A stretch of DNA of 64,000 nucleotides from Aulosira sp. ZfuVER01 (lineage in GTDB: Bacteria > Cyanobacteriota > Cyanobacteriia > Cyanobacteriales > Nostocaceae). Each line of letters begins with the position of its first letter. Position 1 is the first letter of the stretch. The translations under genes were made by a program, and so were the position numbers. This document shows, piece by piece, positions 52,044 through 62,571 of this stretch. Location: the NCBI GenBank assembly GCA_034530615.2, contig JAVRCV020000048.1, positions 32,001 to 96,000 of the forward strand. The letters are read 5' to 3'. The notes under the pieces were generated by a model, which was not told where the DNA came from, did not search any database, and saw nothing but the letters and a program-made list of their open reading frames with translations.

Positions 52044-52214
52044 GGGAATAGGTAGATGGAGATTCGGAACCAAAATTCTAGTTTCTTACTGGAATTGATC
52101 GCTAAACTGTTCATAATAAACAGTTTTTTCTTTTTAAATGCTATTTCTCTCGTTTTTCTACAGTAAGAAATAAATATGCGATCAACTCAGTGTAACCTCA
52201 GATACTCTATTCCG

Positions 52215-53078
52215 TCAGCTGGAGATACGGTGTACAGCGGGCAGTACAGTCCGCTGATACAGGTGAAAGCGATCGCCATAGCTGAGGATATGCAAACGTA
52301 AATTATGTACAGTTAAGGGTTCATTGGCACCTACATGGGGTTCGTTGGTGTGAGTTAACTCCGTGGGATCAACTATTGTGACGCTACCTTTACCCATAAC
52401 TTGTAGCCAACCATCGCGCTCGAACACAGCACAAGTATCTTCATCAATACCAATACCTAGGCGATCGGGATGCGCGGCGATCGCACTAATTAATCGCCCC
52501 ATGCGATTACGGTTGTGAAAGTGTTGGTCTACAATCACTTCAGGAATAAATCCTAAACCTGTTGCCATATCTACCAGAGAACGGTTTGGCGTTTCCCCAC
52601 TACCGCCGCCAGCAATCATGTGATGCCCCATTACTGCTGCCCCCGCACTAGTACCTGCTAAGGTAAGTTGCCCTGCCCTCACTCGCTGTCGGACAATTTC
52701 CATCACTGGCGTATCTGCCAATACGCCACACAGACGCAATTGATCTCCTCCTGTCAAAAAGACTCCACTACAGGCTTCCAGGGATGCTTTAATTTGAGGG
52801 GCTTCGCACTGTTCCCGTTCGCGAATATCTAAAATTTCAACCTTCTCAGCACCCATTTCTTCAAAAATCCGAATATACCGACCACCAATGATGGCAGGTT
52901 CGCGAGAGGCAGATGGAATAATTGTAATATAGGCCTTGCTAGCACCAGCACGACCAAAAAAAGTTCTAAGGATATCACGTCCATGAACTTTATCTTCTGC
53001 GCCTCCGATAACCAGTACGGCGGTTTTAGTAGCTTGAGGTGTCCTCATTTCCAGCGATTTAGCTTGTAATTGCGGCAT
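52215..53078 (-). CDS. cphB: Cyanophycinase
   Basis: IGGAEDK, TGGDQLRL, GTSAGA, DQHF; likely start MPQLQAK after aggag. Confidence 0.96.
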   Translation of the reverse strand: MPQLQAKSLEMRTPQATKTAVLVIGGAEDKVHGRDILRTFFGRAGASKAYITIIPSASREPAIIGGRYIRIFEEMGAEKVEILDIREREQCEAPQIKASLEACSGVFLTGGDQLRLCGVLADTPVMEIVRQRVRAGQLTLAGTSAGAAVMGHHMIAGGGSGETPNRSLVDMATGLGFIPEVIVDQHFHNRNRMGRLISAIAAHPDRLGIGIDEDTCAVFERDGWLQVMGKGSVTIVDPTELTHTNEPHVGANEPLTVHNLRLHILSYGDRFHLYQRTVLPAVHRISS

Positions 53079-53513
53079 TGTGTTTCTCCTGTCAACAACT
53101 TCAGGTGAATATAACAAGGTTAAGTAGCCTGATTGTTTTTAGCACTTGGCTTTTTGGGGAGGACACTTTTTTGCAGTTTTGGATTAGCTATTGCCGCTGC
53201 TCCAAATTCTTGCTCGATCCACACGACGCCTCAGCTTTAATATGTCCGTTGTCCTCAAAGCCATCGCCTTGTTTTTCACCTGTCCACTTTTGCCAGTTGG
53301 GCAAAATAGTGCGAAGGGCTAAGTGGGGGCTAGGCTGTGCCCTAGAGTAGGGCAAACAGGTCTTGACAAGCTGTATTCTGAGGCTGGCTCGATGCATCCT
53401 GGAAGTTGTTAACTTAGTTCAGAATATTAATTTAAATGTAGTTGTGACAATATTTAAACATAAATTAAGTAATTAGAAAAACTTTTAATCTCACGCAAGA
53501 TCTAAGTTTTCTG

Positions 53514-53527
53514 GTACTTTTAGTTAC
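53514..53527 (-). promoter_or_regulatory. NtcA box upstream of cphBA
   Basis: GTAactaaaagTAC (minus strand); cphBA is NtcA-regulated in Anabaena. Confidence 0.65.
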
Positions 53528-53623
53528 TATTGACAAACCTTATCTGTAGTTTTACCAGACATTAGCTTCTTGTTTTTGCTAGACATACAAATTTAAGATT
53601 AGTGTTCTTGAATACGAATAACT

Positions 53624-54349
53624 GTGCGCTTTGATATAGTTACGCTTTTTCCTGACTGTTTTACCTCGGTTTTGAGTTCTGGATTGCTGGCTAAAGCCTT
53701 AGCCAAACAGATTGCTCAAGTCAATCTGGTTAATCCACGGGACTTTACGAATGATAAGCACCGAAAAGTCGATGATGAACCCTATGGCGGTGGTGTGGGG
53801 ATGCTGATGAAGCCTGAACCCATTTTTGCCGCGGTGGAGTCGCTGCCGATTCTACCTCAAAGAGAAGTGATTTTGATGAGTCCGCAAGGAGAAACTATCA
53901 ATCAACCGCTTTTACGTGAGTTGGCAGAGGGTTATAACCAATTAATCGTCATTTGTGGTCATTACGAAGGAGTAGATGAGAGGGTACTGCATTTAGTTAC
54001 CCGTGAAGTTTCCTTAGGTGATTTTATTCTTACAGGTGGTGAAATACCCGCAATGGCTTTGCTAAATGGGGTGGTAAGACTGCTACCTGGAACTGTAGGC
54101 AAGGTAGAGTCATTGACAGCAGAGAGTTTTGAGGAAGGTTTGTTGGATTATCCCCAATACACTCGTCCAGCAAACTTTCGGGGGTGGAAAGTGCCAGATG
54201 TCCTACTGTCTGGGAATCATGCAGCAATTGCCAAGTGGCGTTACGAACAACAGATCCAAAGAACAGGCGATCGCCGTCCCGATTTACTGGAAAAATGGAA
54301 GCGGGGAAAGCAGGGGGATGAGGGGGACAAGGGGGACAAGGGAGAATAA
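53624..54349 (+). CDS. trmD: tRNA (guanine-N1)-methyltransferase
   Basis: VDDEPYGGGVGM, CGHYEGVDER, SLGDFILTGGE, LLSGNH. Confidence 0.97.
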   Translation: MRFDIVTLFPDCFTSVLSSGLLAKALAKQIAQVNLVNPRDFTNDKHRKVDDEPYGGGVGMLMKPEPIFAAVESLPILPQREVILMSPQGETINQPLLRELAEGYNQLIVICGHYEGVDERVLHLVTREVSLGDFILTGGEIPAMALLNGVVRLLPGTVGKVESLTAESFEEGLLDYPQYTRPANFRGWKVPDVLLSGNHAAIAKWRYEQQIQRTGDRRPDLLEKWKRGKQGDEGDKGDKGE

Positions 54350-54386
54350 TTAGTATCAATGCCCAATAACAAATAACAAATAATAA

Positions 54387-54872
54387 ATGACAAATATACG
54401 TATTGGTAACGGCTACGATATTCATCGACTAGTGAGCGATCGCGCTTTAATTTTAGGTGGAGTGAATATTCCCCATGAACTGGGTTTGCTGGGTCATAGC
54501 GATGCTGATGTCCTGACCCATGCGATTATGGATGCCATGCTGGGGGCACTATCTTTAGGAGATATTGGTCATTATTTTCCCCCCACCGATCCCCAATGGT
54601 CGGGAGCAGATAGTTTGGTGCTATTAACTCAAGTACACGAGCTAATACGTGATCGCGGTTGGCAAATTGGCAATATTGATTCTGTGGTAGTCGCAGAACG
54701 ACCAAAATTGAAACCTCATATTGAGAAAATGCGCGATAAGCTAGCGGCTGTTTTAGAGTTACAACCAAATCAAATTGGCATTAAAGCTACTACCAACGAA
54801 AAATTAGGCCCCGTTGGACGGGAAGAAGGCATCTGTGCTTATGCTGTGGTCTTACTGGTAGCTGCTGATTAA
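54387..54872 (+). CDS. ispF: 2-C-methyl-D-erythritol 2,4-cyclodiphosphate synthase
   Basis: [24 protein letters not shown]. Confidence 0.97.
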   Translation: MTNIRIGNGYDIHRLVSDRALILGGVNIPHELGLLGHSDADVLTHAIMDAMLGALSLGDIGHYFPPTDPQWSGADSLVLLTQVHELIRDRGWQIGNIDSVVVAERPKLKPHIEKMRDKLAAVLELQPNQIGIKATTNEKLGPVGREEGICAYAVVLLVAAD

Positions 54873-54897
54873 ACTCTTTGTTCGTGTATTTATAATC

Positions 54898-56682
54898 ATG
54901 AAATTTATTTCTATCTTGTCTACGATTAAACGGTTTTGGTTACTAATAATTGTGAGCATCGCAACAGCACTGACAGTTGCTGCTTGTAATCCATCGAATT
55001 TTAAAACAACAGCTGCTCAAGTCCCGCAATTAGTAACTAGTATTCTCAGCGATCCTAAAACATTTAACTTTCCTCTCAGTTCTGAGTCACCCAATATTTT
55101 TGGTTTAACTTATGAAGGCTTAATTACTGAAAATTATGAAACTGGTAAAGTTGAACCAGCTTTAGCAGAATCCTGGGAAATTTCTGATGATAAATTAAAA
55201 ATTGTTTTTACCCTGCGTGAGAATCTTAAATGGTCTGATGGGCAACCACTTACAGTAGATGATGTAGTGTTTACCTATAATGACATTTATCTTAATGAAG
55301 CAATCCCCACAGATGCTAGAGATGGTATGAGGATTGGTGAAAGTCGCAAGCTACCAACTGTGAGAAAAATTGATAATCGGCGGGTTGAATTTTCTGTCCC
55401 AGAACCCTTTGCTCCATTCCTACGTAGCGCTACCGGATACCCAATTTTACCAGCCCACGCATTGCGAGAATCAGTCACTACAAAAGACCAAGAAGGTAAA
55501 CCTAAGTTTCTATCAAAATGGAGTGTGGATACACCACCAAATGAACTAATTGTGAATGGCCCTTTTAAGCTAGAGCGATACGATACTAGTCAACGTATAG
55601 TTTTCCGGCGCAATCCGTACTACTGGCGCAAAGATGCACAAGGAAAAGCCCAGCCTTATATCGAAAGAATCGTTTGGCAAATTGTCGAATCAACAGATAC
55701 ATCTTTACTACAATTTCGTTCTGGCGGATTAGATACGGTAGGTGTTTCTCCTGAGTACTTTTCGTTGCTGAAAGTGCAAGAAAAACAAGGTAATTTTAAG
55801 ATATATAATGGCGGACCCGGAGCGGGAACAACCTTTTTAATCTTTAATTTAAATAAAGGTTCAAGAGAAGGAAAACCACTAATTGAACCAAAAAAATCAC
55901 GTTGGTTTAATACTGTAGAATTTCGCCAAGCAGTAGCCTACGCCATTGATCGGCAAACGATGATTAACAATACGTTTCGCGGCTTAGGTCAACCTCAAGA
56001 TTCACCTATCTCTGTACAGAGTCCTTATTATCTTTCAGCTAAAGAAGGGCTAAAAACTTATAATTATAATCCAGATAAAGCTAGGCAGTTGCTAATAAAA
56101 GCGGGATTTAAATATAACGAAAAAAATCAACTAATAGATGCAGAAGGCAACAATGTTCGTTTCACTTTGTTGACGAATGCTGGTAACAAGATTCGTGAAG
56201 CAATGGGATCGCAAATTAAACGAGATTTGAGCAAGATTGGTATTCAAGTGGATTTTACGCCGCTGGCATGGAATACTTATACGGACAAGCTTGCTAACAC
56301 TCTAGATTGGGAAGCTTCTTTGTTAGGCTTAACAGGTGGTTTAGAACCGAATGATGGTGCTAACGTCTGGTCTCCTGAAGGGGGATTACATATGTTTAAT
56401 CAAAAACCCCAAGCAGGACAAAAACCAATTCAGGGTTGGCAAGTTGCTTCTTGGGAAGCAGAAATTGGTGAACTTTACATCAAAGCAGCAAGGGAGTTAG
56501 ACGAAGCCAAGCGCAAAGGAATTTATGCTGATACTCAAAGACTCGCTCAGGAATACTTACCATTTATTCACTTAGTTAATGCCTATTCGATGTCAGCAGT
56601 CCGCAATCGTTTTGAAGGCATTAAATTCTCTGGACTTGGTGGCGCATTCTGGAATATTCATGAAATCAAAATTGTAGATTAG
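54898..56682 (+). CDS. ABC peptide-type substrate-binding lipoprotein (family 5)
   Basis: Lipobox VAAC, DPKTFN, PALAESW, KWSDG. Confidence 0.9.
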   Translation: MKFISILSTIKRFWLLIIVSIATALTVAACNPSNFKTTAAQVPQLVTSILSDPKTFNFPLSSESPNIFGLTYEGLITENYETGKVEPALAESWEISDDKLKIVFTLRENLKWSDGQPLTVDDVVFTYNDIYLNEAIPTDARDGMRIGESRKLPTVRKIDNRRVEFSVPEPFAPFLRSATGYPILPAHALRESVTTKDQEGKPKFLSKWSVDTPPNELIVNGPFKLERYDTSQRIVFRRNPYYWRKDAQGKAQPYIERIVWQIVESTDTSLLQFRSGGLDTVGVSPEYFSLLKVQEKQGNFKIYNGGPGAGTTFLIFNLNKGSREGKPLIEPKKSRWFNTVEFRQAVAYAIDRQTMINNTFRGLGQPQDSPISVQSPYYLSAKEGLKTYNYNPDKARQLLIKAGFKYNEKNQLIDAEGNNVRFTLLTNAGNKIREAMGSQIKRDLSKIGIQVDFTPLAWNTYTDKLANTLDWEASLLGLTGGLEPNDGANVWSPEGGLHMFNQKPQAGQKPIQGWQVASWEAEIGELYIKAARELDEAKRKGIYADTQRLAQEYLPFIHLVNAYSMSAVRNRFEGIKFSGLGGAFWNIHEIKIVD

Positions 56683-56798
56683 TCAATGGTAATTAGTTAA
56701 TCGTCAATGGTTATTGGTCATTGGTTATCGTACAAATGACCAATAACAAATGGCAAAGGACAGAGGACAAATAACAAATGACAAAGGACTAATTATCA

Positions 56799-57581
56799 AT
56801 GACTAGTGAAAAAGCTTTGCGATCGCTCTTAGAATCGGTTGCTCATGGTAAAGTAACCCCAGATAAGGCATTAAACTCACTCAAAGACTTAGCCTATGAA
56901 AGAGTGGGTGATTTTGCCAAAATTGACAACCATCGGGCGCTGAGAACTGGTTTCCCTGAAGTAATTTGGGGTTTAGGTAAGACTACTGACCAGATTGTAC
57001 AAATTATAGAGGTAATGCGTCAGCGCAATCCGGTAGTCATGGCAACTCGGATTGAACCAGCGGTATATGCTGCATTGCAATCTAGGGTGAGAGGTTTGCG
57101 ATACTACGAATTGGCAAGAATTTGTGCAATTACTCCTGCTGAAATCGAACCGCAGTTTGAGGGTGTTATCGGTATTCTGTCTGCGGGAACGGCTGATTTA
57201 CCTGTTGCTGAAGAAGCCGCAGTGACAGCAGAACTTTCTGGTTTTCGAGTTCAGCGTCTTTGGGATGTTGGGGTTGCAGGTATCCACCGCTTGTTGAGTA
57301 ACCGCCACTTGATCGAGTCAGCTTCAGTCTTGATTGTCGTAGCAGGGATGGAAGGTGCATTACCTAGCGTTGTTGCAGGTTTGGCGGATTGTCCTGTAGT
57401 GGCTGTCCCCACCAGCATCGGTTATGGCGCAAGTTTTGGCGGGTTAGCACCATTATTGACAATGCTCAACTCCTGTGCGCCAGGGGTGGGTGTAGTCAAT
57501 ATTGATAATGGCTTTGGCGCAGCAGTGTTAGCAGGACAAATTTTGCGGACAGCTGAGAAATTAAGAAAATTTGAGGGGTAA
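56799..57581 (+). CDS. larB: LarB / CpmA (PurE-like) nickel-pincer cofactor protein
   Basis: AGTADLPVAEEA, DVGVAGIHRL, AGMEGALPS, VVNIDNGFGA. Confidence 0.9.
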   Translation: MTSEKALRSLLESVAHGKVTPDKALNSLKDLAYERVGDFAKIDNHRALRTGFPEVIWGLGKTTDQIVQIIEVMRQRNPVVMATRIEPAVYAALQSRVRGLRYYELARICAITPAEIEPQFEGVIGILSAGTADLPVAEEAAVTAELSGFRVQRLWDVGVAGIHRLLSNRHLIESASVLIVVAGMEGALPSVVAGLADCPVVAVPTSIGYGASFGGLAPLLTMLNSCAPGVGVVNIDNGFGAAVLAGQILRTAEKLRKFEG

Positions 57582-57725
57582 TTTTTTGTCATTGGGTATT
57601 GCCCAATAGGCAAGAGTCATTTTTTATTTCTCCCTCATCCTCCTTGTCCCCCATTCCCCTTTCCCTTCACTGGACATTACCTGCAAGTAAAGGTTATGAC
57701 ATAAAAATCTTTCAGGTTACTAAGT

Positions 57726-57929
57726 ATGAACTACTTCAGCGATTTGCTATCTGAGTTATTTTGGCATTCGCCTGTAACTTCATTGTTAGCTCAATACGTT
57801 CACGATCCCAACGTTATGGGGCAGATTCAGCAGGGGTGGCAGCACTTTGTCAAGACAGGTCAAATTTGGGCAATGTTAATTGGTTTAATAATTGGCTATA
57901 TGCTTCGTACTCTAACTAGCTACGGTTAA
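57726..57929 (+). CDS. Small conserved membrane protein
   Basis: LLAQ...HFVKTGQIWAMLIGLIIGY. Confidence 0.7.
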   Translation: MNYFSDLLSELFWHSPVTSLLAQYVHDPNVMGQIQQGWQHFVKTGQIWAMLIGLIIGYMLRTLTSYG

Positions 57930-57957
57930 GGTAATTTTAGATTTTAGATTTTGCGAA

Positions 57958-57991
57958 AAGTCGGAGCGCCGGAAGCCGGCGATCTGAACTT
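57958..57991. repeat. Small dispersed hairpin repeat, copy 2, inside an (ATTTTAG)n STRR
   Basis: AAGTCGGAGCGCCGGAAGCCGGCGATCTGAACTT. Confidence 0.8.
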
Positions 57992-58051
57992 TTCAAGATG
58001 GATTTTAGATTCATCCAAAATCTAAAATTGATTGGCCCACTTTAAAAATTT

Positions 58052-59446
58052 ATGACCGAACAAAAAACTTGGAGTCAGCGGTTTGAATCAGCGTTGCATC
58101 CAGCGATCGCTTGTTTTAATGCCAGTATAAGTTTTGACATTGCATTAATCGAATATGACCTCACTGGCTCTCAAGCCCATGCGAAAATGCTGGCTCACAC
58201 TGGCATCATTTCCACCGAAGAAGGAGAACAACTAGTTACCGGCTTAGAACAAATTCGCCAGGAATATCGCCAAGGAAAATTTCAGCCTGGTATTGATGCG
58301 GAAGATGTCCACTTTGCAGTGGAACGCCGATTGACAGAAATTGTTGGTGATGTTGGTAAAAAGCTGCATACTGCGCGATCGCGTAATGACCAAGTAGGCA
58401 CTGATACTAGACTTTATCTCCGCGACCAAATTCAACAAATCAAGAGCCAATTACGCGAATTTCAAACTGTTTTACTAGATATAGCCGAAAAAAACGTTGA
58501 AACTCTGATTCCTGGCTATACCCACCTGCAACGCGCCCAACCCCTGAGTTTAGCTCATCATCTCTTGGCGTACTTTAGTATGGCGCAACGCGACTGGGAA
58601 CGTCTGGGAGATGTTGATCGCAGAGTTAATATTTCTCCCTTGGGCTGTGGTGCTTTGGCAGGAACAACTTTTCCTATCGATCGCCACTACACCGCCGAAC
58701 TCTTAGGGTTTGAGAGTATTTATGCTAACAGCTTGGATGGAGTGAGCGATCGCGATTTTGCGATTGAATTTCTCTGTGCGGCTAGTCTAATAATGGTTCA
58801 CCTCAGCCGGTTCTCAGAAGAGGTAATTCTTTGGTCATCTGAGGAATTCCGTTTTGTTACCCTTAAAGATACCTGTGCCACAGGTTCCAGCATCATGCCC
58901 CAAAAGAAAAACCCCGATGTCCCAGAACTTGTACGGGGAAAAACAGGGCGTGTATTTGGTCATCTGCAAGCGATGTTGGTAATTATGAAAGGGCTACCCT
59001 TGGCATATAACAAAGATTTGCAAGAAGACAAAGAAGGTCTATTTGACAGCGTCAACACAGTAAAAGCCTGCCTAGAAGCAATGACAATTTTGCTGCGAGA
59101 AGGATTAGAATTTCGTCCCCAGCGCTTGGCAGAAGCAGTCACAGAAGACTTTTCTAATGCTACAGACGTAGCAGATTATTTAGCAGCAAAAGGTGTCCCC
59201 TTCCGAGAAGCTTATAACCTCGTGGGTAAGGTGGTAAAAACCAGTATTGCCGCAGGTAAACTTCTCAAAGATTTGAAATTAGAAGAGTGGCAACAAATTC
59301 ATCCAGCATTTGCAGCCGATATTTATGAGGCAATATCTCCTCGTCAAGTCGTTGCAGCCCGTAATAGTTACGGTGGTACTGGCTTTGTACAAGTACGCAA
59401 TGCGATTCTGGCTGCCCGCACTCAAATTGCTGAACTGAAAGCCTAA
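58052..59446 (+). CDS. argH: Argininosuccinate lyase
   Basis: [33 protein letters not shown]. Confidence 0.97.
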   Translation: MTEQKTWSQRFESALHPAIACFNASISFDIALIEYDLTGSQAHAKMLAHTGIISTEEGEQLVTGLEQIRQEYRQGKFQPGIDAEDVHFAVERRLTEIVGDVGKKLHTARSRNDQVGTDTRLYLRDQIQQIKSQLREFQTVLLDIAEKNVETLIPGYTHLQRAQPLSLAHHLLAYFSMAQRDWERLGDVDRRVNISPLGCGALAGTTFPIDRHYTAELLGFESIYANSLDGVSDRDFAIEFLCAASLIMVHLSRFSEEVILWSSEEFRFVTLKDTCATGSSIMPQKKNPDVPELVRGKTGRVFGHLQAMLVIMKGLPLAYNKDLQEDKEGLFDSVNTVKACLEAMTILLREGLEFRPQRLAEAVTEDFSNATDVADYLAAKGVPFREAYNLVGKVVKTSIAAGKLLKDLKLEEWQQIHPAFAADIYEAISPRQVVAARNSYGGTGFVQVRNAILAARTQIAELKA

Positions 59447-59674
59447 CAGCTTGGGAATGAAAGGCAAGAGGGAATGTGAAGGGGGAGAAGGAGTATGAGG
59501 AAGCAGGGGAAGCAAAGGAGTGAGGGAAAAAACTATAAATGATTTTTCGATTTTTCCCTATTGCCTTTTGACCTTTGACTCTTGACAAATCCCCAATAAA
59601 TTAAATAAGGGCGTACAGATTTTGTACGCCCTGAAAAATCAAAAATTCAACGAGTAAGGATTTTATTTGATGGC

Positions 59675-59839
59675 TTACTCAGCATCAATTGCTGCTGCGC
59701 CTTCATCTTCTTCACTCTTAGGAGGTCTTTGTTGGAACCTTCTCTGCATTCTTCCTGTAGTAGTTCGTTTACGAAACTTTCTGGCATATGCCTGGTTCCG
59801 TAGCGCCTTTTCTTTTTTCGGGTTACGGCGCTTAGCCAT
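59675..59839 (-). CDS. Small basic 54-aa protein
   Basis: MAKRRNPKKEKALRNQAYARKFRKR...; GAGGTG RBS; hairpin AGGGCGTACA..TGTACGCCCT downstream. Confidence 0.8.
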   Translation of the reverse strand: MAKRRNPKKEKALRNQAYARKFRKRTTTGRMQRRFQQRPPKSEEDEGAAAIDAE

Positions 59840-59950
59840 GTTCACCTCATTAATAAACAACAAAAAAGAGCTACTAGGCAATATCAGCTACCGTTGTTAT
59901 TGATATATTTTTAGCCTAGTCTAGCTATCAGACAGTTTGAACAACGTACA

Positions 59951-59980
59951 ATTATAACGTCTTTTTATTTGTAATGTCAA
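59951..59980 (-). promoter_or_regulatory. Consensus sigma70 promoter
   Basis: TTGACA-N18-TATAAT on the minus strand, about 110 nt upstream of ATG 59839. Confidence 0.75.
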
Positions 59981-60925
59981 TATATATATTGAATAATTTT
60001 ATTGTTAATTAGCAGCTTTGAGCAAATCATCTGTTATGGATATTGCACAAGGGGTAAGGATTGGCTTTAATGTTTTTGTGTATTTACTATATAAGCATAT
60101 ATCGTGAATAGAGGAACTGCGGATTGGAAATTGGCAAATGCAGAATTCTAAAAATAGAGATTTTTATTCCCTGCGTTTAGGCAACCGTGTGGTTGTTTAT
60201 TCTAAAAATAGAACAGAAGGAAAGCAATTTTTGAATCTTTTTCGTGCGTTATACTTTATAGGCATCTCTGACAGAAAAACAATTTTATCAAAAATAAATC
60301 CATAGATGAACGCAGTTATTTATTGCTGTCAATGTTTTATCTGAAATAATAAATAATGCTTTTGTATTATTATTCAAATTAAGTATTAAACTCTGTGTGA
60401 TTTTGGATATATCCCTCAAACCATGAATATCGGTTAACTCTAGAAATCCTTATGGTATAAGAGATACTGTAAATTTAAATTCAGAGTATTCCCTAAATAT
60501 CTAAAATATTTATTTGTAAATATATAAATAAATTTTATCAGTTTAATTAAACAGTAAAATTAGGAATTAGCTTGTAAATTTACTGGAATTCGTTACTGTA
60601 ATTAATATTTTGCAATAGTTACCAATATCTTAAATTACTCTACAAACTGATTGATAAAGGCTTTAAATCTTAAATCTATAGTCTCAAGTTGCTATTATAC
60701 ACATACTAAGTAAAAGTTAAAAAAGCTAATTAATCAGTTTTCTTTGTATAAAGATATACGCTAATTTATTATAGCTGATGGTAAGATTGAGATATTCTAA
60801 TGAAGTGTTAGAATAAAATTCCAAACTACTAATATAAATGTATAATTAATAACTTAATACATTAGTATTTAGACATCTATGTTAAGTAGTAAGGATATAT
60901 AGAACACAACCCAAACATTTTTAGA

Positions 60926-61420
60926 TTGAACGTTCTTGCTTTTTTTACGATAGCTGTAAAGTCCACACGTAGCTTATGGCGGTTTGGACAAACGGTATTG
61001 GGTATAATATTTCGTCATCCCATTACTGGCACCAGCATCATCCCGATTTTACCTGATGGTCGGATTGTGCTGATTCGGCGTAGTGACAATGGTCGCTGGT
61101 CACTACCTGGAGGTATGGTGGACTGGGGAGAAGATATTCCAACTACAGTCCGCCGAGAGTTGCAGGAGGAAACTGGATTAGAATTGGTGCAAATCCGGCG
61201 TTTGGTGGGGGTTTATTCTTCCCCGAACCGCGATCCCAGAATTCATTCAATTTGTATTGCTGTGGAAGCAGAAGTAAAAGGAACAATGGAGATTTACGAT
61301 ACATTGGAAGTCATAGACATCCAAGCGTTCTCTCCTAACTCCCTACCTTCAGAACCAATGTCTCACGACCACTCTCAGCAGTTGCAAGACTATTTAAATG
61401 GCTTGACAACATTGGCATAA
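60926..61420 (+). CDS. NUDIX hydrolase
   Basis: PGGMVDWGEDIPTTVRRELQEETGL; RDPR. Confidence 0.9.
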   Translation: MNVLAFFTIAVKSTRSLWRFGQTVLGIIFRHPITGTSIIPILPDGRIVLIRRSDNGRWSLPGGMVDWGEDIPTTVRRELQEETGLELVQIRRLVGVYSSPNRDPRIHSICIAVEAEVKGTMEIYDTLEVIDIQAFSPNSLPSEPMSHDHSQQLQDYLNGLTTLA

Positions 61421-61663
61421 CAATATTTTGTTCGTCATTAGTCATTAGTCTTGTGCTTAAATTCTGTTTCTCGTAAATCATGACTATTAACTATTGACTA
61501 ACTATGCTAAAACTTAAAGCGGTTTAAGGTTGAGTGTAAGACAAATTTTTGTGCTGGAACAAGGGGTAACGGCCACTATTCAACGGTTGTCTGTTCCCAA
61601 TTTTCAGATGTCAAAATTCATCTACATCACCCACTGAAAATTGCTATAACTCTTAAAATTCAG

Positions 61664-62491
61664 ATGGATACGCTATTTCATAACTCCCGGAGAAAACTCT
61701 CGCAAGGGCTATTATTCTGGCGCGAAGCTGGTAAAGGAACTCCGGTAATTTTGTTACATGGTGCTTGGAACGATAGCAGTCAATGGGTATCAGCGATCGA
61801 TTCTTTGTCTTGTAATTTCCATTGCTTTGCACCAGATTTATTAGGATTTGGTGAATCTGAAAATCCTAATATCCACTACTCAATTGATTTACAAGTGGAG
61901 TGTCTAGCTGAGTTTTTGCAAGCTTTGAAGCTAGAAAAAGTATATTTAGTAGGACATTCTCTTGGCGGGTGGATTGCGGCTAGCTATGCTTTAAAGTATC
62001 CAGAACAAGTGAATGGTTTAGTTTTGCTTTCACCAGAGGGTGTAGAAATAGCAGGACAGGAAAAGTATTGGCAAAAGATGCAGCGGTTAGTTAAATATTC
62101 ACCGTTGATATTTAAACTCTTAAAACTGCTTCGTCCCTTAACTAAAATTCTGGGTTTGCAAACAAAAATTCAAGAATATTTGCAGCCACGTAAGTTGATT
62201 TTACAATATCCTACAGCCTGCCAGTTATTGTTTCAAAGACAACAGCCAGAGTTAGAAGCAGAATTACTGCAAAACCGATTACATCTGATAGAAGTCCCAA
62301 CTTTAATCTTACAAGGTGGTAAAGATACACCAGATGCTATAACCAAAAGTCAAACTTATGCTCAACTTATTCCTAAAGTCGAGTTTAAAATGATGTCTCA
62401 CGCGGGAAACGATATCCTAGAATCTTGTGTTGGGGTTGTCACTGAAGATATTCAGGAATATATCAAAGAAAGGTGTTCTTGGGTGATATAG
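61664..62491 (+). CDS. Alpha/beta hydrolase
   Basis: LLHG, PDLLGFGES, GHSLGG nucleophile elbow. Confidence 0.9.
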   Translation: MDTLFHNSRRKLSQGLLFWREAGKGTPVILLHGAWNDSSQWVSAIDSLSCNFHCFAPDLLGFGESENPNIHYSIDLQVECLAEFLQALKLEKVYLVGHSLGGWIAASYALKYPEQVNGLVLLSPEGVEIAGQEKYWQKMQRLVKYSPLIFKLLKLLRPLTKILGLQTKIQEYLQPRKLILQYPTACQLLFQRQQPELEAELLQNRLHLIEVPTLILQGGKDTPDAITKSQTYAQLIPKVEFKMMSHAGNDILESCVGVVTEDIQEYIKERCSWVI

Positions 62492-62571
62492 ATTCCTCGG
62501 AATAGAGTAGAAATTTCCCAGGAAATGGTATTCTTCTTTGGTACATCCAGCCATTTTCTACCCATTTTCCA

